Origin: Candidatus Latescibacterota bacterium
GTDB lineage: Bacteria; Latescibacterota; UBA2968; GCA-2709665
Assembly: GCA_965219995.1 (NCBI GenBank)
Contig: CBDCOX010000002.1
Span: forward strand, 2,400,001-2,464,000
Direction of reading: 5' to 3'
Length of the DNA: 64,000 bases
A model generated the notes under the pieces. That model saw only the letters and a list, made by a program, of their open reading frames with translations. It did no database searches and was not told where the DNA came from. The position numbers were made by a program, and so were the translations under genes. The number at the start of each line of letters is the position of its first letter. Within the stretch, counting starts at the first letter, position 1. This document shows, piece by piece, positions 58,065-64,000 of the stretch.

Positions 58065-60392
58065 ATGGCTGTAGATATCACGCTGGCGAACGAAATCCGC
58101 GTGCCGCGCCGCGGAGAGTGGCTGTGCAGGGGACTGCCGTTCCCGGAGGGATCTCTGACGGATTCCGCGAGGCTGACCCTGAAGGACGAGACCGGCGGCG
58201 TGCTGCCGCTGGGATCGGAGGTCCTGGCCCGCTGGCCGGACAGGTCTTCGAAGTGGGTGCTGCTTCAATTCCCCGTGGACTTCGACCGCAACGGGAGGAA
58301 AGACTATTCGCTGACGTGGGACGATAACGCGCCGGAGGCCGACGCGGGTCCGCGAATCGCCTACTCGAAGACGGAGACGGGAATCGAGGTCGACAACGGG
58401 GTTCTGCGATTTGTCCTTCCTGCTTCCGGACAGGCGTTTCTGGTCGCGTGCAGCAGGAGAGACAGGGCGTGTATCCGGACGGTCAGCGCGGAGATCGAAG
58501 ACGAAGCGGGCGACGTTTTCACGAGCCGGCTCGAGGGGGAACCCCGCATTGAGAGATCCACCGGAAAAATGCTGGTCGTGAGCAGGCAGGGCACGCACCG
58601 GGACAAGGCCGGCCGCAAGCTGTTTTCACTCGTTTTCCGGGTAACGGTATTCGCCGGCGCCGAGGACCTGGAGGTGGAGTACCAGTTCATCCACGATGAG
58701 CCCTATCGGGATGTTCCGGAACGGCGGAAACTGGCCCAGGGTATCGGGACCCCGAGCGTGGACCTGGAGAGTCCCCGCCTGCGGCAGCTGCGAGCGGTGC
58801 GGCTTGTTGTGGAACACGCCATCGACGGCGCCGGCGAATTCGCAACCTGTCCCATTGCCACGGTTGGGAACCAGGGCCTGGTCACGTCGGATCGGCCGAT
58901 TCGGGGCCTGTTGACCGACGCCCCGCGTACGGCCATGTACGACGCCATGATCGACGCCGACGTGTACGACGGCGAGACAGCGGTCGGCCGCTCCCACGGA
59001 TGGGTCTCCGCGGGGGACAGCGAAGGCGGGATCGCGGCCTCGGTCCGGAAGTTCGTCCAGCAGTGGCCCAAGGGCTTCTTTGCGGACGCCGGCAGGATCG
59101 TTCTGGACCTCTGGCCCGAGGCGGCGGGACCGCTCGCGATTTTCCAGGGACAGGCCAAGTCGCACCAGGTCAAGCTGCGGGCGTACACCGGCGGAGCAGC
59201 CCGGGCGCGGCTGGCGGACTGGCATTTCGCGTATCAGTTTCCCGTCGTTTTCTCTTCTACGGACTGGTTTATCGATTCCGGAGCGATCGGGCCCGTGTTC
59301 CGCTATCAGCCGGAGAAATACAGGGGTATCGAGCAGAAGTTCCGCCTGGAGTTCGAGCAGTTTCTGGGATACGACCGGCGCCTGGGGATGATGGACTACG
59401 GCGACTACGAGCAGCTGATGAGCGCCTCCTGGGGGCGCGTGGATTTCATGGCCAACTGCGAGCACGACTTCGGCCAGACCGTGTACCTCCAGCTTGTTCG
59501 CACCGGCAACTATCTCTATCTCGACGCCTTCGAATCCGCGATCCGGCACGTGATGGACCTGGACATCATCCACTTCGACGATCATTTCGACGAGCAGGGC
59601 GGATGGACGTCTCACGGCGCCTACCACGTCGGTGCCGACGGGAAACCCAACTGCCACCTCTCCCACATGTGGGCGGAGGGATTTCTATCCTATTATTATT
59701 ATTCCGGATACGCGCCGGCGTTGGAAGCCGCGCGCGGCGTGGCGGACCTGATCTGCAGGAAGGTGGCGGCGGGAGGCGGGAGGCGGGGCGCGCGGGACCG
59801 GGGCTGGCCGTTGATCGCGCTTTGCAGCGTGTACCGGGCAACAGGGGAAGAGCGGTACGCCGAGGCCGCGGAGACGATTGCGGCATCCTTTTCGGAGGGA
59901 CCGGACCCGCTGGAACCCAACGGCGGCTGCAGCGGCGGATGGGGACCGATCCCCTACCAGCAGGCGGTGATGGGCAGCATCGCCGCAACCGGTCTTGCAT
60001 ACCACTACCAGACCTTCGGGAATCCCCTGAGCAGGGACTCTTTCCTGAGGATCTGCGACTTCCTGGCAAGCGAAGACGTCCGCACGCCGGAAGGGCTCTA
60101 TCTGTCCATGCCCGGTAACGAGACACCGATGAGCTATATCGGTTTCTCAGCCCTGCGGGAGAGCATCGGCTACGGGTGGGAAATCACGGGCGACGAGAAG
60201 TACGTGTACGCCGGCCTGCGGGACATCGAGATGAATATGATTTCGACGTTCCCGTCCGTCGGTCATCTGGAAAAGACGAGATTCGGGTGCGAGGTCGTCC
60301 GCGCCACGGGCGACTCCATCAGCGTCATCTGGCGCGATCTGCTCCGATTCTTCGACTACGCCGACCGGGCGGGGCTGCTGCGCGACTTCTGA
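58065..60392 (+). CDS. YetA / exo-rhamnogalacturonan lyase (PL26)-like protein
   Basis: GLPFPEG...LARWPDRSSKWVLL N-domain, central beta region, C-terminal toroid with GMMDYGD, NCEHD, H..D.D. Confidence 0.65.
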   Translation: MAVDITLANEIRVPRRGEWLCRGLPFPEGSLTDSARLTLKDETGGVLPLGSEVLARWPDRSSKWVLLQFPVDFDRNGRKDYSLTWDDNAPEADAGPRIAYSKTETGIEVDNGVLRFVLPASGQAFLVACSRRDRACIRTVSAEIEDEAGDVFTSRLEGEPRIERSTGKMLVVSRQGTHRDKAGRKLFSLVFRVTVFAGAEDLEVEYQFIHDEPYRDVPERRKLAQGIGTPSVDLESPRLRQLRAVRLVVEHAIDGAGEFATCPIATVGNQGLVTSDRPIRGLLTDAPRTAMYDAMIDADVYDGETAVGRSHGWVSAGDSEGGIAASVRKFVQQWPKGFFADAGRIVLDLWPEAAGPLAIFQGQAKSHQVKLRAYTGGAARARLADWHFAYQFPVVFSSTDWFIDSGAIGPVFRYQPEKYRGIEQKFRLEFEQFLGYDRRLGMMDYGDYEQLMSASWGRVDFMANCEHDFGQTVYLQLVRTGNYLYLDAFESAIRHVMDLDIIHFDDHFDEQGGWTSHGAYHVGADGKPNCHLSHMWAEGFLSYYYYSGYAPALEAARGVADLICRKVAAGGGRRGARDRGWPLIALCSVYRATGEERYAEAAETIAASFSEGPDPLEPNGGCSGGWGPIPYQQAVMGSIAATGLAYHYQTFGNPLSRDSFLRICDFLASEDVRTPEGLYLSMPGNETPMSYIGFSALRESIGYGWEITGDEKYVYAGLRDIEMNMISTFPSVGHLEKTRFGCEVVRATGDSISVIWRDLLRFFDYADRAGLLRDF

Positions 60393-60409
60393 CAACGCGG
60401 GATACACGC

Positions 60410-61366
60410 TCAAGCATCGTGGTGCCAGCAGAAGACGGAATGGTCGTCCGATATCCTGGTCATTCCGGGGTCCTCTTCCCGGCACAGGTCCGTGGCGCGG
60501 GGACAGCGGGGATGGAAGCGGCATCCGGACGGCGGCCGGGTCATGTCGGGAGGCTGCCCGGGGATGGTGTCCAGGCGCCCTCGGACCATCTTCGCGTTTT
60601 CCAGCAGCCCGATCGAGTACGGGTGCCTCGGGGACTTCAGGAATGCGCGGGTGGGCGCAATTTCGGCCACCCTTCCCGCGTACATGACGACGATCCTGTC
60701 GCTGAATTCCACGGCAAGCCCGAAATCGTGGGTGATCAGCACGGTAGACATCCCGTGCGCGGCCTTCATCCGGTTCATCAGATCCATGATCTGCGCCTGT
60801 GTCGTGACGTCCAGCGCCGTTGTGGGTTCGTCCGCGATCATCAGCTTCGGCTCGCAGCTCAGCGCCATCGCAATCATCACGCGCTGTTTCATCCCTCCCG
60901 AAAGTTCGAAAGGGTAGTTCCGGTAGCGCAGCGCCGGCGCGGGAATGCCCACCTCTTCCAGCAGCGAGACCGCGCGATCGAAGGACCGCTTCCGGTCGGC
61001 CCGCCCGTGCCACAGAAGGGGTTCGGCAATCTGCGGCCCGCTGCGCATCGTGGGATTGAGCGACGTCTGGGGATTCTGAAAGATGAATCCGACGTCGTTG
61101 CCGCGAATCTCCTGAAGCGCCCGTTCGTCCAGTTCCAGCAGGTTGCGTCCGTCGAAAACCACCTTTCCGGCCTCGATCTTCCCCCTCCCTCCGATAAGCC
61201 TGACGACGGACAGCATGCTCACGCTCTTGCCGCTGCCGCTTTCCCCGACGATGCCCACGCTCTCCCGTTCGCGAACGACGTATGAGATCCCGTCCACCGC
61301 CCTCACCACGCCGTCGCGGCGATAGAAGTAGGTCTTCAGGTTTCGGATATCGAGCAGCGTGGACAC
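60410..61366 (-). CDS. oppD: Oligopeptide/dipeptide-type ABC transporter ATP-binding subunit (D type)
   Basis: GESGSGKSV, LSGGMKQRV, ADEPTTALDV, GCRFHPRCP. Confidence 0.93.
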   Translation of the reverse strand: MSTLLDIRNLKTYFYRRDGVVRAVDGISYVVRERESVGIVGESGSGKSVSMLSVVRLIGGRGKIEAGKVVFDGRNLLELDERALQEIRGNDVGFIFQNPQTSLNPTMRSGPQIAEPLLWHGRADRKRSFDRAVSLLEEVGIPAPALRYRNYPFELSGGMKQRVMIAMALSCEPKLMIADEPTTALDVTTQAQIMDLMNRMKAAHGMSTVLITHDFGLAVEFSDRIVVMYAGRVAEIAPTRAFLKSPRHPYSIGLLENAKMVRGRLDTIPGQPPDMTRPPSGCRFHPRCPRATDLCREEDPGMTRISDDHSVFCWHHDA

Positions 61367-61396
61367 GGACGCGCCTCACAGAGTCCAACCAAGGAC

Positions 61397-62296
61397 TTAT
61401 TCCTTGGGATTAAATGCGTCGTTCAGCCCGTCGCCCAGATACGTGAATGCGAGAAGCGCGAGCGCAAACGTGGCGGCCGGCCACGTGAGCTGGTAGGGAA
61501 AGGCCCTGAAATTGAGGCTCCCCACCTGGATAAGGACGCCCCAGCTCGGCCGGGGCGGCATCACCCCCAGCCCGAGCAGACTCAGCGCCGACTCGGTCAT
61601 CATCAGGGTGGGGACCATGAATGCGATGGCGACGATCAGCGGGCCGAAGGAATTCGGAAGAATGTAACGCCGGATCGCATATCGATGCGTCGCCCCGAGC
61701 GCCCGCGCCGACTCCACGTATTCCAGGTTCTTGATGGACAAAACCTGGGCGCGCATCAGCCGGGCGAACCCCACCCATCCCGTGGCCGCGATGGCGATGA
61801 ATATCGTCACGATGCCCCTGCCGAGGACCGACACCAGGATGATGCTGAAGAGAAACCCGGGAAATGCGTACATCACGTCCGTAAACCGCATCAGCACGTT
61901 GTCCACGACGCCGCCGGCGTACCCCGCGACAGCACCGATCAGTCCGCCGATCGCGACAGAGATCACCGCTGCGCCGAACGCAACGGCCAGGGCCGTCTGA
62001 AGGCTGAAGATCAGGCGGCTGAAGATGTCCCGCCCCACCTCGTCGGTCCCGGCGATGTGCCGCCAGGACGGGGACTGGTACGCGTTGTCCAGGTCGATCT
62101 GGTTATACCCGTACGGCGCAATGAAATCCGCCAGGGCCGCGACCAGTATCATCACGATCACGAAAACCAGGCTCAGCACGGCCAGACGGTTCGAGGAGAA
62201 TCGCTGCCAGACGGCGCCCCAATAAGAGATCCGCGGCGCGGGCGACGACTCATCCGCATCGGACGGCGGACGTCCGGACCGATTCGGCACAGCCAC
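61397..62296 (-). CDS. oppC: ABC transporter permease (C type)
   Basis: GTDEVGRDIFSR, EYVESARALGA, LSLLGLG..PP.PSWG, LGDGL.DAFNP. Confidence 0.93.
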   Translation of the reverse strand: MAVPNRSGRPPSDADESSPAPRISYWGAVWQRFSSNRLAVLSLVFVIVMILVAALADFIAPYGYNQIDLDNAYQSPSWRHIAGTDEVGRDIFSRLIFSLQTALAVAFGAAVISVAIGGLIGAVAGYAGGVVDNVLMRFTDVMYAFPGFLFSIILVSVLGRGIVTIFIAIAATGWVGFARLMRAQVLSIKNLEYVESARALGATHRYAIRRYILPNSFGPLIVAIAFMVPTLMMTESALSLLGLGVMPPRPSWGVLIQVGSLNFRAFPYQLTWPAATFALALLAFTYLGDGLNDAFNPKE

Positions 62297-62308
62297 GCGT
62301 TATCCCCC

Positions 62309-63277
62309 TTATCTTTTGTAGCTTGCCCGTATGCGCGGATCGATCAGCGCGTACCCGATATCCACCAGCAGATTCATCAGCATGATCAGAAATCCGAAGA
62401 ACAGGGTCGACGTGATGATCATCGGATAGTCCCGGGTCCCCGCGGCGGCCACGAACAGCTTGCCCAGGCCGGGGATATTGAAGATCTCCTCGATGAAAGC
62501 GGTGCTCACCATCAGATTGGCGAACTGCGGGCCGGTAATCGTCAGGAGGGGGATCAGCGAATTCCGCAGCGCGTGGCGAAAGACCGCCTTGTTGCGGTTT
62601 CCGCCCTTCGAGAAGACAGTCCGCACGTAGTCTTCGCCCATCTCCTTGATCAGGCTCACGCGGACGTATCGGGCGATGCCTGCAACGGGCTGGAAGACCA
62701 TCGCCATGACGGGGAGCACGGCGTACTCCCACGTCCCCCAACCGGACGTGGGGAACAACTGAAGCGTGACGGCGAAGAAGACGATCACCAGCAGGGCGAT
62801 GACGTAAGACGGGATGCAGATGCCCAGCATGGAAACGAACATGGTGACACGGTCGATCCACGAGTTCCGGTACAGCGCCGCCCCGATGCCCATCGGAATG
62901 CCGATCAGGAGGGCCAGGAGCATCGGCGAGAAGGCCAGGACGAACGTCCGAGGGAAGGCCCGTGTCATCATTTCCTGAATGGTCGTATCCGGGTAGCGGA
63001 ACGACGGTCCGAAGTCCAGGACGGCCGCGTGGCGCAGATAGATCAGAATCTGCTTCCAGACGGGCGTATTTTCGCCGTAACGCTCCTCCCAGAGCATGAG
63101 CGTCTGGCTCTTTTCCTCGAACTGACTCAGCCGGCTGCCCGTCACCTGCTGGTTCATCAGCCGTTCGATGTTGAAGAAATCACCGGGAGCAGCGTGCATC
63201 AGGTAGAACGTGATGACCAGGATCGCGATCAGGCTCACGAAAATCTGACCCACGCGGCGGAAGAAGAACATCGCCAT
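62309..63277 (-). CDS. oppB: ABC transporter permease (B type)
   Basis: APGD, DFGPSF, DYVRT, HALRNSLIP, IFNIPGLG, RDYP, VDIGYALIDPRI. Confidence 0.93.
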   Translation of the reverse strand: MAMFFFRRVGQIFVSLIAILVITFYLMHAAPGDFFNIERLMNQQVTGSRLSQFEEKSQTLMLWEERYGENTPVWKQILIYLRHAAVLDFGPSFRYPDTTIQEMMTRAFPRTFVLAFSPMLLALLIGIPMGIGAALYRNSWIDRVTMFVSMLGICIPSYVIALLVIVFFAVTLQLFPTSGWGTWEYAVLPVMAMVFQPVAGIARYVRVSLIKEMGEDYVRTVFSKGGNRNKAVFRHALRNSLIPLLTITGPQFANLMVSTAFIEEIFNIPGLGKLFVAAAGTRDYPMIITSTLFFGFLIMLMNLLVDIGYALIDPRIRASYKR

Positions 63278-63314
63278 ACTGACGCTCCAAATCGGGATCG
63301 AGGCGTTACGACAC

Positions 63315-63560
63315 ACGCCGTTTCGAACCGATACCTTTTGCGCCTTTTGTGCTTCTTTTTGCCATTGAACCACCAAGAGCAATAGCCACAAAAGGCACAA
63401 AAACACAAGATGGGAAAGGTTGTATTCTGTGACAGACTGAGTAGGGATAACGAACAACGCCCGGATTCCATCCGGACGGTTGACGTATCATTGCACTGAT
63501 TGGCTTTGGGTCCTTCTGTGCCTTTTGTGCTTTTTGTGGTAAATTTACGGTTGTCTTTTT
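63315..63560. repeat. Cluster of three REP-like CACAAAAGG 9-mer units in mixed orientation
   Basis: Units at about 63335-63362 (-), 63385-63410 (+) and 63516-63560 (-); same family as 30117-30186. Confidence 0.8.
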
Positions 63561-63563
63561 GAT

Positions 63564-64000
63564 TTAAGGCTGGTCGATGATCGGACGCCGCGCTGCTGTC
63601 GCCCCATTATCGTCTATATCGATCCATTTCAGATACATGGGGTTGGCCCACCAGTAGGCGCAGAATCTCAGCCCTTTCACGTAGGGCCTGACCAGAGCGG
63701 TGGCATTGGCAACGTGAAGCGGGAAATCCCAGGAGAACGCCTGCACCAGCCGGTGCACTTCGCGGTTGATCCCGGCCTGGCGGGACGGTTCGCGCGCGTG
63801 GTGCGCTTCCTGGCGCATCTCCTCCAGGCGCCAGCGCAGGTCGCTGGTATTCGACCACTGGAAATGGTATTGACGGGCTTGCAGGAGCGTGACATTGAGC
63901 GCCTTCCAGCACCATTCCAGGTCCGCATCCGGCTCGCCCGCCGCCCTCAGGATTTCGTCCGCGGTCTGCCGCCAGCCGCTCATCGCCTCTTCCGCCTGCC
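63564..64000 (-). CDS. ABC transporter substrate-binding protein (family 5), C-terminal part, truncated by window edge
   Basis: First gene upstream of the permeases; C-terminal ...R..INREVHRLV....PL......LVRPYVKG pattern typical of OppA/DppA. Confidence 0.7.
   Translation of the reverse strand, partial: QAEEAMSGWRQTADEILRAAGEPDADLEWCWKALNVTLLQARQYHFQWSNTSDLRWRLEEMRQEAHHAREPSRQAGINREVHRLVQAFSWDFPLHVANATALVRPYVKGLRFCAYWWANPMYLKWIDIDDNGATAARRPIIDQP

Noticed and set aside
63278-63457. 60-aa N-terminal extension of oppB
   Set aside because: It is a translation of the REP-like repeat cluster; permease similarity begins at MAMFFFRR

Overview
A high-GC bacterial window. The gene content (short RpoD without region 1.1, PorV/T9SS-type CTD, GWxTD, DUF6785, dockerin-like EF-hand tail, BMC shell protein) suggests a non-Bacteroidota FCB lineage such as Latescibacterota; this is inference only. 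All family calls come from motif recognition by eye, with no database search. 1-15 kb holds core and envelope genes: BMC shell protein, HtrA, RpoD, a 2,933-bp tandem duplication of [promoter + small exported protein + DUF2723/TMEM260-like GT-C], rhomboid, M23 peptidase, PpiD/SurA and a Cmk-like protein. 15-19 kb holds a heparinase-like lyase, AraD1 and an amidohydrolase. 19.4-53.5 kb is an almost entirely minus-strand accessory block. Its most notable part is an outer-membrane import module with no SusD (beta-barrel, CxxCH/temptin-like/dockerin protein, TonB-dependent receptor, T9SS-CTD protein, dedicated PorV, TPR-GWxTD, TonB). That module runs directly into a GH109-like enzyme, a DUF6785 membrane protein and two homocysteine-methyltransferase-fold genes, one of which has lost all three Zn-ligand cysteines. 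The block also contains a second GH109-like/DUF6785 module, an aminosugar-type operon and a 1.2-kb island of toxin-less toxin-antitoxin remnants interrupted by a MITE. 53.7-64 kb holds a TPR protein and an Opp/Dpp ABC operon split by an inverted PL26/YetA-like gene. Several short repeat families (MITE, heptamer-arm hairpins, 9-mer REP-like units) are present. No rRNA, tRNA, CRISPR array, integrase, transposase or reverse transcriptase was recognised.
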